Translations under genes and position numbers: made by a program
Notes under the pieces: model-generated
Seen by the model: only the letters and a program-made list of their open reading frames with translations
Told to the model about the DNA's origin: nothing
Databases searched by the model: none
Assembly (NCBI GenBank): GCA_963736255.1
Contig: CAVTOI010000002.1
Location: 428,411-492,410, forward strand
Direction: 5' to 3'
Source: Candidatus Aminicenantes bacterium
GTDB taxonomy: Bacteria > Acidobacteriota > Aminicenantia > Aminicenantales > Saccharicenantaceae
DNA length: 64,000 nt
Shown here: positions 30,589 through 40,925 of the stretch, piece after piece
Layout of the letters: each line of letters starts with the position of its first letter
How positions within the stretch are numbered: the stretch's first letter is position 1

Positions 30589-33552
30589 TCAAGTAAATGG
30601 TCCATCCCTCAGGGCGGAACGAACGGTTTCGGCCATCTCCCGAAGGGAGAAGGGTTTCATCTGGAATCGCCGGATCCCCGCCGCCTGGGCCACCTTCGCG
30701 TCGATGATCTCGCTGAATCCCGTGCATAGAATGATCGGCAGGCCGGGGCGGATACTCAGGATCTTCCTGGCCAATTCCAGGCCTGTGAGGCGGGGCATGG
30801 TCTGGTCGGTGATCACGAGGTCGAAGGCCCCGGGATCCTGACGGAAAAGCGCCAGGGCCACCTGGCCGTCCTTCGTGGCCGTGACCCGATATCCCAGGCG
30901 TTCGAGCATGCGCTTGACGGTCTCGACCTGAATGTCCTCGTCGTCGACGAGCAGGACGCGCTCGTGGCCCGGCTCCGGGGCCGCGGCCTCGGCGGGCGGC
31001 GCGGAATCCTCCGCCCAGACGCGCGGGAAAAAGACGTTGAAGGCCGACCCCTTGCCGGGCTCGGAATAGACCGTGATGGCCCCGCCCTGGTCCTTGACGA
31101 TGCCGTGGACCACGGCCAGGCCCATGCCCGAACCCTCGCCTGGTTTTTTGGTCGTGAAGAACGGATCGAAGGCGCGCTCCAGGATCTCTTTCCTCATGCC
31201 CGTCCCCGTATCCGCGACCGTCAGCCGGAGATACGGCCCGGGCTTGAGATCGGCATTGTGAGCCGCCATATCGGCGTCCACGTCCACGTCGACCAGGCTC
31301 ACTCCGAGCACGCCGCCATTCTCGCGCATGGCGTAAGCGGCGTTGTTGCCCAGGTTCATCACCACCTGGTGGATCCGGGCAGGGTCAGCCAGAACGTAGC
31401 CCGTTTCGGCGCGCAGGTCCTCTTCGATCTGGACCGTGGCCGGCAAAGACGCGCGGAGGAACTTCAACGCCTCCTTCAACACGGGCGTGACCTTGGAAGG
31501 TCTCTTTTCCGTTTCCTTTTGCCGGCTGAAGGCGATGATCTGCTTGACCAGGTCACGGCCGCGTTCCGCCGCCTTGAGGGAGGTTTCAAGGCTCCGGCGG
31601 GCATGAGGGTCCAGGCCGGTGTCGAGGAGGACGAGTTCGGTGTTGATGAAGATGGGATTCAGGATATTGTTGAAATCGTGTGCGATGCCTCCCGCAAGCG
31701 TCCCCAGGGCATCGATCTTCTGCATCTGCCGGAGCTGCTGCTGGACCCGGACTTCCCGGGTCACGTCGCGCTCGACCACCAGGTAGTTGGTAATGGCGCC
31801 CGAGGGGTCCCGGAGAGGGGAAAAACTGATGTCGAGCTCGAACACCTGACCGTCTTTGGTCCGCCGGCTTTGGAGATCAGTCCAAGTATCGCCGCCTCGC
31901 GCCAGCGTCCGGATCTTCTCGCCAAGCGCCGCATTCCCCGTTTCTCCAACCAGAAGATCGAAATAGCGTGTTCCGCGGAGCTCGTTCCTCCCGGATCCGC
32001 TCGTCCTCTCGAACGCCGGGTTGACGTAGGTGATGCTTCCCTCGGCGTCCGTGATGGCGATCCCCACGCCCGTCTGTTCGACGGCCGCGACAAGGCGCAG
32101 GCGCTCGGCGATCTCCGCCCTCAGGCGCTCGTTGGATGCCTCCAGCTCCTCGGTCCGTTCACGCACCCGCCGCTCCAAGGCCCCGGTCAAGCCCTGGAGC
32201 TCCGCGGTCGTTTGCTTCAGCGCTTCTTCAGCCCTTTTCCTCTCGGAGATCTCCTGGCGCAGCTCGGCGCTGGCTCGTTCGGCCTGCTGGCGGGAGGCCA
32301 CGGCGTCGTCCATCAGGTTCAGGGCGGCACGACGGGATTCTTTGAGGGCGACGTTGGCGTTCCGATACAGCGCTTCGCTGGCCCTGAGCCCTTCCTCGGA
32401 TCTCTTGCGCTCGGTGACGTCGATCGAAACGAGGGTGACGCCCGCGATCTCCCCCCCGGCGTTCCTGAGCGGGTCGGCGTGGGTCTCGAAGATCGCTTCG
32501 CCCGCCTCCGTCTTCGAGGCCGCTTCCCATTGAAAGGAGACGCCTTTGGCCAGGATGTCCCGCAGGGAGGCGCGGATGCGTTGCGTTGTCTCCGCGTCGG
32601 TGGTCTGTCCGATGTCCCTGCCGATGAGCTCTTCGGCGCGGAGCCCGCCCTTGGGGTTGAAGACCCAGGTATATTTCAGATCGCGGTCGAGATTGGCCAT
32701 GACGATGGGCGCGTTCTTGAGCACGAGCCGGAACCTCTCGTCGCTCGCGGTCAGCTCGGCCGTTCGCGCCCTGACGAGAGCCTCGAGCTCCTGGCCATGG
32801 CGCTCGCTTTCGTTATAAATCTTGACCACAAAACGATAGGCCGCGATGAGGACGATCCCATAGGCTGCCAGGCGGGCGCCATGCCAGACCCACCAGTCCG
32901 CCGCCCAGACGCTGGAAAACCCGAACAGCAGGCTCGCGATCCCGAAGAGCATCGTATGGCCGGCGAAAACCAGATCCTCGTTCTGGGGTCGGCGCGCATA
33001 CCGTCGGAGGAAGAACACGGTCGCCGCCAGGAATCCCAACCCCCCCAGGGCGTTTGCGGCCTTGACCGCAAGGCCGTATTCATCGCCGATCCAGGGCGCG
33101 GGGAACCATCCGGGCTTGACCCAGACGGCCGCCGCCAAGGCCAGCGCCAGACCGGCGGCGACGAGCGCAAACGCCTGTTTTCGGCGGACCACGAGAACGG
33201 GCACGGGGAACCAGACCAGTGCGAAGAATATCCCGCCCAGGAGCGTCGCCAAATGCCTCAACCACGACCAAGCGGGACCGAGATGGGCTATGCCGTGGGC
33301 CCCGTCGATCAGGCCCATGGCGATGAGGGCCGTCACGACCCAAAACAAATGGGGCGTCGTGTCCTCGTGCCTCAGACGCAGCAGGAGGAGCACGGCCACG
33401 CTCAGGGCGACGGCGGCGCCGGCGATCTCGAGCCCTTCATGCAAGGGTTCTCCGGGATACGGGGTATCTCCGATAAAGATCCGTGCGGCATACCAGGCCA
33501 GCACCGGCAACACGCCGGCAAAAAACACGACGGCGGCGATCTTACGCTTCAT
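30589..33552 (-). CDS. Hybrid sensor histidine kinase with a multi-pass N-terminal membrane domain, PAS domains, a coiled coil, HisKA, HATPase and a C-terminal receiver.
   Basis: [22 protein letters not shown], then TM helices. The H-box is [11 protein letters not shown]. The HATPase region includes DTGTGM and GSGMGLAVV. The REC domain reads VLLVDDE...ITDQTMP. Confidence 0.8.
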   Translation of the reverse strand: MKRKIAAVVFFAGVLPVLAWYAARIFIGDTPYPGEPLHEGLEIAGAAVALSVAVLLLLRLRHEDTTPHLFWVVTALIAMGLIDGAHGIAHLGPAWSWLRHLATLLGGIFFALVWFPVPVLVVRRKQAFALVAAGLALALAAAVWVKPGWFPAPWIGDEYGLAVKAANALGGLGFLAATVFFLRRYARRPQNEDLVFAGHTMLFGIASLLFGFSSVWAADWWVWHGARLAAYGIVLIAAYRFVVKIYNESERHGQELEALVRARTAELTASDERFRLVLKNAPIVMANLDRDLKYTWVFNPKGGLRAEELIGRDIGQTTDAETTQRIRASLRDILAKGVSFQWEAASKTEAGEAIFETHADPLRNAGGEIAGVTLVSIDVTERKRSEEGLRASEALYRNANVALKESRRAALNLMDDAVASRQQAERASAELRQEISERKRAEEALKQTTAELQGLTGALERRVRERTEELEASNERLRAEIAERLRLVAAVEQTGVGIAITDAEGSITYVNPAFERTSGSGRNELRGTRYFDLLVGETGNAALGEKIRTLARGGDTWTDLQSRRTKDGQVFELDISFSPLRDPSGAITNYLVVERDVTREVRVQQQLRQMQKIDALGTLAGGIAHDFNNILNPIFINTELVLLDTGLDPHARRSLETSLKAAERGRDLVKQIIAFSRQKETEKRPSKVTPVLKEALKFLRASLPATVQIEEDLRAETGYVLADPARIHQVVMNLGNNAAYAMRENGGVLGVSLVDVDVDADMAAHNADLKPGPYLRLTVADTGTGMRKEILERAFDPFFTTKKPGEGSGMGLAVVHGIVKDQGGAITVYSEPGKGSAFNVFFPRVWAEDSAPPAEAAAPEPGHERVLLVDDEDIQVETVKRMLERLGYRVTATKDGQVALALFRQDPGAFDLVITDQTMPRLTGLELARKILSIRPGLPIILCTGFSEIIDAKVAQAAGIRRFQMKPFSLREMAETVRSALRDGPFT

Positions 33553-36500
33553 CCTCGGATTCCAGGCGATAGCGCGGCGGCCGGCCCGCCGACATATCGA
33601 GGCCATTGATCTCCTTTTTCAGCTCGATCATGCGCAGCTCGCGGCCGACGACGACGCGGTTGAAACGCTCCAGCTCCTCGTTGGTCTCCTGCAGCTCCTT
33701 GGCCCGCCGTTCGAGCTCCTCCTCGGCCAGCCTGCGCTCGGTGATGTCGGTCAGCATGGAAACCGTTTTGACCAGGCGGCTGTCCCGATCGAGCACCGGC
33801 GAAGCCGCGGAGATCACCCAAAGGTCCGATCCGTCCTTGCGGCGGAACTTGAACTCCTGGTGAAGCTTCGAGCCGGCCATGATGGCCTCCCTGGTCCTCC
33901 GCACGATGGCTTCCTGGTCCGGGTGCAGGAATTCCGCGGGCTCCCTGCCCACGAGCTCCTCGCGGGAATAGCCCAGCATGTCCGCCATTCTCTGATTGAC
34001 CAGGGTGGTCAGCCGCGCGCCATCGGTGACCCAAATGCCTTCGTTGGCGGTTTCGAAGATGATGCGATACCCTTCTTCGCTCGCCGTGAGCTCCGCCGTG
34101 CGCTCGATGACCCGGCGTTCGAGCGTTTCGTTGACTTCCCTTAACGCGGCCTCCGCCCGCTTGACCTCGGTGACGTCGATGCCCATTTCCAGGATGAGAG
34201 GAGAACCGTCTGCGTCCCGGAAGGGAAAATCGTGAACGTCGTAGTTCCTGCCGTCGGGGCCCACCCACTCCCAGTGGTGGGGCGCGTTCGTCTGCAAGAC
34301 CTTGTAGGTTTCGCAACCCGGGCAGGCGTCGGTCCTGTCGAACAGGAATTCGAAACAGCGCCGGCCGCGGGCTTCCCCGAAGCGTTCCCGGAAGGTGCGA
34401 TTGGCGAAAGGCGCTTTGTAGTCCTTGGTCAGAAGCACGACATAGGCCGGCAGGGTTTCGAGGACGTCGTAAAGCCGTTTCCGCTCGGCCTCGACGGCCT
34501 CGTGGGTCCGGCGGATCTCCGCGGTCTGCTCGTCAACGCGGGCCTCCAATTGCTCGTTGAGGTTACGCAGGGCGTCCTCGGCTGCCTTCCGCTCTGTGAT
34601 GTCGCGCCCGTAGACGTTGGCATACCGGGCCTCGATGACCGGGACGACGGCCACGGAGAACGGGGTCCCGCCAAGGCCCAGGACCTCCTCGAGGGGCCTG
34701 GACTCCGCCATGGCCCGGGCGACCAGCGCCCGCACCTGATCGGGCAGGGGCCGGCCGACCCGGGATTGCCAGCCGGCGGTCTTAGAGGCCGCCGGGTTGA
34801 CGTAGAGCGCGAACCCCTCCGCTGACACGCGCGCGACGGGATTGGGATTCTCCCCCGGCATCCTGGCCAGCCATTCGGCCTGCTCGCGCGCCTCACGCAG
34901 CGCCTCCTCCGACTTCTTGATGTCACAGACGTCGACGAACGTGATGACGACCCCTTCGATCCGGTCGTCCAGCGTCCGGTAGGGTGTGATGCGCCGGATG
35001 TACCAGCGGCCGTCATCCGCCCGGACCTCCTTGGACAGCGGCGCCAGGGCGGCCAGGACGCGCGCCGCGTCGCCGAGCAGGGCCTCGTCGTCGAACCGGC
35101 GGAGGATGTCCGCAATGGGCCGGGCCAGGTCGGTCGGGATCAGGCTGAAAAGCCGCGTGCTGGCCGGCGTGAACCGCTTGACCTTGAGTTCCTTGTCCAG
35201 AAAGACCGTGGCGATGGCCGTGCTCTCGAGGAGGTTCGACAGGTCGTCGTTGAGTCCCTCCAGCTCCTCGACCTTGTCCTGAAGGCGGGCATTGATGGTG
35301 TTGAGCTCCTCGTTCAACGACTGGAGCTCCTCCTTGGAGGTCTCGAGCTCCTCATTGGCGGATTGGAGCTCCTCGTTCGCCGCCATGACCTCCTCGCTGG
35401 AGGCCTTGGATTGATCGTTGGAGCCCTCGAGCTGGGTGATCGTGCTCTGAAGCTCCTCGCGGGTGACCTTCAGCTCGTCCCGGAGCTGTTGGAGATCGTC
35501 TTTCGCGGCGGCGGGACGGCGGGGCTTCTCCGCGGAAAGGGCGCGGTCCTCGAAGGCGATCAGGAGCAAGCCGTCGATCTCGCGGGGGATCGTTAAGGGG
35601 CTGACCGTGGCCACGACGGGGACCGATCTCGAACCGCGCCGGACACGGGCCGTGATCGTAACCGGACGATGGGCCTCGATGCACCTGGCGACGGCAACGT
35701 CAAGCCGGGACCGCAGGCCCTCTCTGGCCATATCGACGACCCGGGTGGTCAGCTCGCCGGCCGGGAAGGTCAGGAAATGCTCGACCGGGCCGTGGACGTA
35801 GAGCACCCGGAGCTGACGGTCGATGATCACGGAGGCCGGGGCAAAGCGGTCCAGGAGGATCTGTTGGGCCGCCGTGGCCAGGCTCTGCCGGGCCGGAGAC
35901 GGCGCCGCGGCGAGGCCGGTCCGCGGCGGCCGGGTCTCACCAGCCGGCCGGAAGGGTATTTCGACGCCGGCCGGACGCCCGACGCCGATCCGGCGGTAGA
36001 TCCGCCATTTCTTGGAGACCGCCTCGAACAGATCGACCCGGTCGCCGACGGTTTCCGCGGAGCCGAGAAAAAGGGAACCCCCTTCGCGCAGGGCGAAGTG
36101 GAACAGGGCGATGACCTTCCGTTGAACGGCTTGGTCCAAATAGATCAGCAGATTGCGGCAGCTGATGAGGTCCAGGCGGGAGAACGGCGGATCGGCGGTC
36201 AGATCCTGCGGGGCGAACACGGTCCTGGCCCGGATATCCTTGATGACTTCGTAACAGCCGTCCCGGCAGACGAAAAAGCGCGCTAGCCTTTCGGGGGAAA
36301 CGCGGCCGGCGAGGCCATCGGCAGGATATCTCCCGGCGCGGGCGGCCGCCAGCGCCTCGGCGTCGGGGTCGGTGGCGAAGATCTGGAAAACGATCGCCTT
36401 GTTCGCGGCTTCGATCCGCTCAGTCAGGAGGATCGCCAGGCCGTAGGCCTCCTCACCCGTCGAGCAGCCCGGGACCCAGGCCCGGATCTCCGATCCCGGC

Positions 36501-36913
36501 GGGGTCTCTTCGACAAGGGGAGCGACGACCTTGTCGTTGAGAGCTTCCCAGGCCTGTGGCTGGCGGAAGAACTCCGTCACGCCGATAAGCAGGTCCTTCT
36601 GCAGGAGGCCGGCTTCCTCCGGGCTCTCTTGCAGGAACCGGGCATACTCGGAGAGCGTCGCGACCTTGTTCAAGGCCATCCTCCGCCGGATCCGCCGGTC
36701 CAGGGTGCTGGACTTGTAGGAATTGAAGTCCTGCCCGCCCTTGGCGCGAAGGATGTCCAGGATGTTCCGAAGGTCGGCGGTCTCTTCGGGAGCCGCCCGC
36801 GGATCGCCGGGCAGGCTCCCGTCCGGCCGATCCGGGGGCTCGTTCCCGGTCGCCGGTCCGCTCATGCCACGAACTGGCTTCGTCCCCGGTGGCCTTTTTC
36901 CGAGCATGTTCAT
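33542..36913 (-). CDS. CheR-type protein-glutamate methyltransferase fused to PAS/coiled-coil sensory domains. There is no kinase domain. It overlaps the downstream hybrid kinase by 11 nt.
   Basis: The CheR domain includes IRAWVPGCSTGEEAYGLAILL and FFRQPQAWEAL. There is a long coiled coil and several PAS domains. The tail reads NRVVVGRELRMIELKKEIN. There is a GGGGAG SD. Confidence 0.75.
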   Translation of the reverse strand: MNMLGKRPPGTKPVRGMSGPATGNEPPDRPDGSLPGDPRAAPEETADLRNILDILRAKGGQDFNSYKSSTLDRRIRRRMALNKVATLSEYARFLQESPEEAGLLQKDLLIGVTEFFRQPQAWEALNDKVVAPLVEETPPGSEIRAWVPGCSTGEEAYGLAILLTERIEAANKAIVFQIFATDPDAEALAAARAGRYPADGLAGRVSPERLARFFVCRDGCYEVIKDIRARTVFAPQDLTADPPFSRLDLISCRNLLIYLDQAVQRKVIALFHFALREGGSLFLGSAETVGDRVDLFEAVSKKWRIYRRIGVGRPAGVEIPFRPAGETRPPRTGLAAAPSPARQSLATAAQQILLDRFAPASVIIDRQLRVLYVHGPVEHFLTFPAGELTTRVVDMAREGLRSRLDVAVARCIEAHRPVTITARVRRGSRSVPVVATVSPLTIPREIDGLLLIAFEDRALSAEKPRRPAAAKDDLQQLRDELKVTREELQSTITQLEGSNDQSKASSEEVMAANEELQSANEELETSKEELQSLNEELNTINARLQDKVEELEGLNDDLSNLLESTAIATVFLDKELKVKRFTPASTRLFSLIPTDLARPIADILRRFDDEALLGDAARVLAALAPLSKEVRADDGRWYIRRITPYRTLDDRIEGVVITFVDVCDIKKSEEALREAREQAEWLARMPGENPNPVARVSAEGFALYVNPAASKTAGWQSRVGRPLPDQVRALVARAMAESRPLEEVLGLGGTPFSVAVVPVIEARYANVYGRDITERKAAEDALRNLNEQLEARVDEQTAEIRRTHEAVEAERKRLYDVLETLPAYVVLLTKDYKAPFANRTFRERFGEARGRRCFEFLFDRTDACPGCETYKVLQTNAPHHWEWVGPDGRNYDVHDFPFRDADGSPLILEMGIDVTEVKRAEAALREVNETLERRVIERTAELTASEEGYRIIFETANEGIWVTDGARLTTLVNQRMADMLGYSREELVGREPAEFLHPDQEAIVRRTREAIMAGSKLHQEFKFRRKDGSDLWVISAASPVLDRDSRLVKTVSMLTDITERRLAEEELERRAKELQETNEELERFNRVVVGRELRMIELKKEINGLDMSAGRPPRYRLESEDEA

Positions 36914-37024
36914 GCGGCACTCCCCACGCCGCTGGAGTTTATGTCATTTCAAAGGCAGGCACAAGAGAGTGTTTTCGCCCGCTCCCGGCCGAAGGCTCTG
37001 CCGCCTCGATCTGAACGCGACCGG

Positions 37025-37960
37025 TCAGGCCGGGCGCCCCGCGAAGTACGTTCGCCCCCCGTGAACGACCTTGCGGACGCGGCGGCGGGCGAGGAGCGAG
37101 GCCAGGGCCTTGAGGACTTCGTCGCGGTGACGGCCGAGGGCCGCGGCGATATCGGCGGCCGTCTGAGGACGCCTGCCGACCGTGGCCAGGATGGCCGGCT
37201 CGAGGCCGCCGGAGGCCGGGGCCTGCTCTTTGTCGGCGAACGAGGCGACGATCTCCGTATTGGGGCCGAGCTGGGCCCTGATCTTGGCCAGGGCCGCGGC
37301 CCCGAGCGGCCTCGCCGAGCGCTCCGCGGGCGGGCGGACGACGGTGTTCAGCTCGATCCTGTCGGGGCGGATGCGGGCGACGGCGGCCTTGAGGGCCCGG
37401 ACGTCGGCCGGGGAGTCGTTGACCCCCCTGACGACCATGACCTCGAGCCGGAGCTCGCCCGAAAACTCGTCGCGGAAGCGGACGAGACCGTCGATGATCT
37501 TGCGATTGTCGAGCGAAGCGTGGGGCCGGTTGACGCGCCGGAAGGCGGCGGCCGTGACGGCATCGAGCGAAGGCACGACGATGTCGGCCGCGGCAAGGTC
37601 GCGCCGGACGTCCTTCCGGGTGAGGAGGGTCCCGTTGGTTAGCACCGCGACGGGGATGCGGGTCATCCGCTTGATGGCCCGGATGAGGCGGCCAATGTCC
37701 CGGCTGAGCGTGGGTTCGCCCGACCCCGAGAAGGTGATGACGTCGATCCGCTGCCCTGAGCCCACAGCCGCCTTGATCTGGGCCAGGATCTCTTCGGGGG
37801 GGAACCAGCTTCCCCGGCGGATCGTGGCCTTGCCGGCCGACCCGAGCTGGCAGTAGACGCAGTCGAGCGAGCAGGTCTTGAAGGGGATGATATCGACCCC
37901 CAGGGAGAAACCGAGCCGCCGCGAGGCGACCGGCCCATAGACGAAGCGGTGCCCGGCCAT
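37025..37960 (-). CDS. Radical SAM enzyme (COG0731-like Fe-S oxidoreductase type) with a C-terminal wHTH-like extension.
   Basis: GPVASRRLGFSLGVDIIPFKTCSLDCVYCQ carries the CxxxCxxC cluster motif. The stop/start overlap with the upstream small ORF is TGATG. Confidence 0.75.
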   Translation of the reverse strand: MAGHRFVYGPVASRRLGFSLGVDIIPFKTCSLDCVYCQLGSAGKATIRRGSWFPPEEILAQIKAAVGSGQRIDVITFSGSGEPTLSRDIGRLIRAIKRMTRIPVAVLTNGTLLTRKDVRRDLAAADIVVPSLDAVTAAAFRRVNRPHASLDNRKIIDGLVRFRDEFSGELRLEVMVVRGVNDSPADVRALKAAVARIRPDRIELNTVVRPPAERSARPLGAAALAKIRAQLGPNTEIVASFADKEQAPASGGLEPAILATVGRRPQTAADIAAALGRHRDEVLKALASLLARRRVRKVVHGGRTYFAGRPA

Positions 37961-38163
37961 CAGACCTTGTCCCTGTAGATCTCGATGAACCGGCGCAGTG
38001 ACCGGTCGTAGGTCCTCTCCACCGAATCGGGGAACAGGCAGGCCGGCAGCTCGCGGTTCCGCCAGTGGTAGGCCAGGCAGTCGCAGCAGACACCCTTCCG
38101 GCTGCAGGGTTCATAGCTGCAGTTGCAACGGGCCTTGTTCTTGGCGCTCTTGCATTCGCTCAT
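37960..38163 (-). CDS. Small Cys-rich protein (67 aa, 8 Cys), DUF6485-like, translationally coupled to the radical SAM gene.
   Basis: MSECKSAKNKARCNCSYEPCSRKGVCCDCLAYHWRNRELPACLF...TYDRS. There is a TATAAT-like element about 70 nt upstream. Confidence 0.55.
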   Translation of the reverse strand: MSECKSAKNKARCNCSYEPCSRKGVCCDCLAYHWRNRELPACLFPDSVERTYDRSLRRFIEIYRDKV

Positions 38164-38604
38164 CCGGCCTCACTCGTCCTTCGCTATATAAGGAATATAT
38201 ACCTTTATTTATACGATCCCTATTATACGGCTTCTCTTCCCTCTGGGAAATCATTGACCTTAGCCTGTCCACATCGCAGGCATCTGGGAGGCTGTATGGA
38301 GGCCACGGGCAACAGCGGCGAAGAAGACAGTCGAACCCGACATTGGGAAAGTTTAGCCGGGCAGCGTGACGGACGAGGGCAGTTTCAGGGGAAACCGCCA
38401 AAACGTGTCTGAGCGAGGCGTAGCGGACGCCGAGCGAGTTGTTTTGGCGCCAAGTCCGGCGCACTGAACGGCGTTTTCAAACTTTCCCAGGAGGGAGAGG
38501 CTGTCCTCGAGCCGCTCAGCGGGGCCTCCACACCAGGGCCGGCATTGCCGGACCTCAAGATTTCGGGTATCATAGCCCGCATCAAGCGCTTAGTGAGGAC
38601 ACCG

Positions 38605-39003
38605 ATGCCCGGATACACCGACCGTGAGGCCAAGGCGGGCCTCGAGGCGAAGCTGCCGCCGCTCGAGACCTTCGCCAACCAGTTCCCGGACTACGAGATC
38701 GCCATCGAGTTTCCCGAGTTCACGTCGGTCTGCCCCAAGACGGGACTGCCTGACTTCGGGCGGATCACCCTGAGCTATGTCCCCGTTGGCAGGGTCCTCG
38801 AGCTCAAATCGCTGAAGGAGTACTTCCTGGCCTATCGCAACCTGGGCATCTTCTACGAGAACGTCGTCAACCGGATCCTTGAGGACGTCGTCCGGGCCTG
38901 CCGGCCGTCGAGCGCCGTCGTCAGGGGCGAGTTCAATCCCCGCGGCGGCCTCAGCTCGGTCGTCGAGGCCCGCTATCCCCGGCCCCGGAAAAGGCGGCCC
39001 TGA
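38605..39003 (+). CDS. queF: NADPH-dependent 7-cyano-7-deazaguanine (preQ0) reductase.
   Basis: EFPEFTSVCPKTGLPDFG...ELKSLKEYFLAYRN...FYENVVNRI, with a GAGGA SD. Confidence 0.8.
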   Translation: MPGYTDREAKAGLEAKLPPLETFANQFPDYEIAIEFPEFTSVCPKTGLPDFGRITLSYVPVGRVLELKSLKEYFLAYRNLGIFYENVVNRILEDVVRACRPSSAVVRGEFNPRGGLSSVVEARYPRPRKRRP

Positions 39004-39072
39004 CCCGCACCGGCGTTCCGGCGAGCGAAGCACGGCCTCTCCCATCCAAGAAGGCGGACGCAAAGCACCACC

Positions 39073-40034
39073 ATGGCCAGGACCCTGAACGGCCCGCGGA
39101 TGGGCCGGACCGACCTGCTCATCCTGCTGGTCATCCTCCTCTGGGCCGTCAACCTCTCGGTCATCAAGATCGGGCTGCGCGAGCTTTCCCCCACGCGTTC
39201 AACGCCATCCGTCTCGCGCTCGCCGCGCTCGCCTACCTGGCCGTGCTTGCGGCCCGTCCGGCGCGGTTCTCCCTGGCCAGAAAAGGCGACGGCTGGAAGG
39301 CCATGGGGCTGGGCCTGCTGGGGATCACGTTCTATCAAGTCTTCTTCATCAAGGGCATCAGCGTGATGAACGCGTCGACGGCTTCGATCGTCATGGGGAC
39401 AAGCCCCATCTTCATCGCCGTGCTGGCCACGGTGGTGGGGGAGGAGCGGATCTCGCCCGCGGCCTGGGCGGGGATCGGGCTCTCGTTCGCCGGATTTCTC
39501 CTCGTCGTCGCCGGCGAGAACGGGGGCCTGGCCTTCACCTGGGAGGCCTGGCGCGGGGCCGTCCTGATCCTCCTGGCCAACGCCTGCTGGGCCGGGTATA
39601 CAGTCTTCTCGAAACCCGTCCTCGACCGGAATTCGGCTTTCCGGCTGTCCGCGGTGGGGACGATCGCCGGGACGGCCGTCTATCTGCCGTTCGCGGCCGG
39701 GGAGCTGGGCGCGGTCGAATGGACGCACATCCCCTGGCAGGCGTGGGGCGCCATCGCCTACGCCGGCCTGGTGGCCATCTTCCTCTGCTTCGTGCTCTGG
39801 TACCAATCTGTAAAAGAGGTCGGAAGCTCCAAGACCGGCGTCTACAGCAACCTGACCCCCATCCTCTCGATCTTCTTCGCCAGCCTCGTCCTCGGCGAAC
39901 GTCTCGCCGCCATCCAGGCTATCGGCGCGGCGGTCACGCTGGCCGGGGTCTACCTCACGCGGTCCGGCTACAGGTTCTTCGAGCGGAAGGGTGGACGGAC
40001 GGCCGAGGCGGGCGAGGACCGGCCGGCCGGCTAG
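39073..40034 (+). CDS. DMT (EamA-like) family transporter, with a frameshift near 39190.
   Basis: MARTLNGPRMGRTDLLILLVILLWAVNLSVIKIGLRELSP is in the first frame. The remainder is in ORF 39243..40034, with 10 TM helices and the EamA pattern. Confidence 0.7.
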
Positions 40035-40301
40035 CCTGGATTATTCACGCCGTCTTGGATCTTCTTGTCTTATGAAAAAGCCGGCGTTTTTATGAATAGC
40101 CCAGGCTAGCCTGGATTATTCACGAGTCGAGGCGGCTGCAGATGCGAGGCGTCAAAGGGTGAGGCTGTACTCCGGGTACTGCGAGCCCTTTGCAACGAAG
40201 CAGATGCGGCCGGATCGGCTTGCCCGAAGGGTAAAAACGCCGTCTTGGATCTTCTTGTCTTATGAAAAAGCCGGCGTTTTTATGAATAGCCCAGGCTAGC
40301 G
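40031..40301. repeat. MITE-like repeat pair between convergent genes. A 63-bp unit occurs twice (40049-40110 and 40238-40300). Imperfect IRs CTAGCCTGGATTATTCA / TGAATAGCCCAGGCTAG flank the units.
   Basis: Exact direct duplication of cgccgtcttggatcttcttgtcttatgaaaaagccggcgtttttatgaatagcccaggctagc. The palindromic GCTAGC ends provide the TAG stops of both neighbouring genes. Confidence 0.6.
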
Positions 40302-40925
40302 GATCCCGTAAATCTTGTGAAGCTGGACGGAAAGGCGCAGGCCCTCGAGGCCCGCCCGGCCAGCGCTCTCCAGCAGTCCGACGGCTTTCTCGATGCTCCA
40401 CCGGGCGTTCGATTGGGGCTGAAGGATGACGGGGATGGTCGGGGGGAATGCGGCCCTCACGGTCCGGATGCCGTCGAGGTCGAGCGTACGGCAGACGACG
40501 AGCTTGACCTCGCGGGCCAGCTTCCTGAATCCCGGGTGGACGGCGTAGTCCGGGGGCTTGGGCGAGACCGAATGCCAATCCGCGAGCGGCGCGGGGGGGA
40601 AGGTCCCGTTCGTCTCGATCTGGACACGGAAGCCCTCGCCGTGGAGCCGGAGGAGGAGAGGCCGGACGTTCTGAGCCAGGGGCTCGCCTCCGGTCAGGCA
40701 GACCCAGGTCGTGGGGTATTCGCCGCGGAGGCGGCAGGCCTCGGCCACGATCGCTTCGACCGGCATCTCACGGCCGCCCCGCCAGGCCCTTTTCGTGTCA
40801 CAGAAGCCGCAGCGGAGGTTGCAGCCGGCCAGGCGGACGAAGATGGTCGGCTCGCCCTGCCGAAGGCCTTCGCCCTGGACCGAGGCGAAGATCTCAATCG
40901 TCTTCAGAGTAGGTGGCCGAAGCAT
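40296..40925 (-). CDS. queE: 7-carboxy-7-deazaguanine synthase (radical SAM).
   Basis: IFASVQGEGLRQGEPTIFVRLAGCNLRCGFCDTK. Confidence 0.8.
   Translation of the reverse strand: MLRPPTLKTIEIFASVQGEGLRQGEPTIFVRLAGCNLRCGFCDTKRAWRGGREMPVEAIVAEACRLRGEYPTTWVCLTGGEPLAQNVRPLLLRLHGEGFRVQIETNGTFPPAPLADWHSVSPKPPDYAVHPGFRKLAREVKLVVCRTLDLDGIRTVRAAFPPTIPVILQPQSNARWSIEKAVGLLESAGRAGLEGLRLSVQLHKIYGIR

Noticed and set aside
36939-38114. 391-aa minus-strand ORF overlapping the radical SAM gene.
   Set aside because: It is in an alternative frame of the radical SAM CDS. It is Arg/Pro/Gly-rich with no motifs. The 37025..37960 frame carries the CxxxCxxC cluster and is the real gene.
38164-38604. tRNA or other structured RNA gene upstream of queF.
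   Set aside because: There is no cloverleaf or T-loop (GTTCRANYC) signature. Only isolated hairpins and promoter-like hexamers are present. I report it as a region to scan rather than as a feature.
40031-40301. Possible CRISPR array.
   Set aside because: Only two repeat copies are present. They are 63 bp long with an internal inverted-repeat structure. There are no regularly sized spacers and no cas genes.
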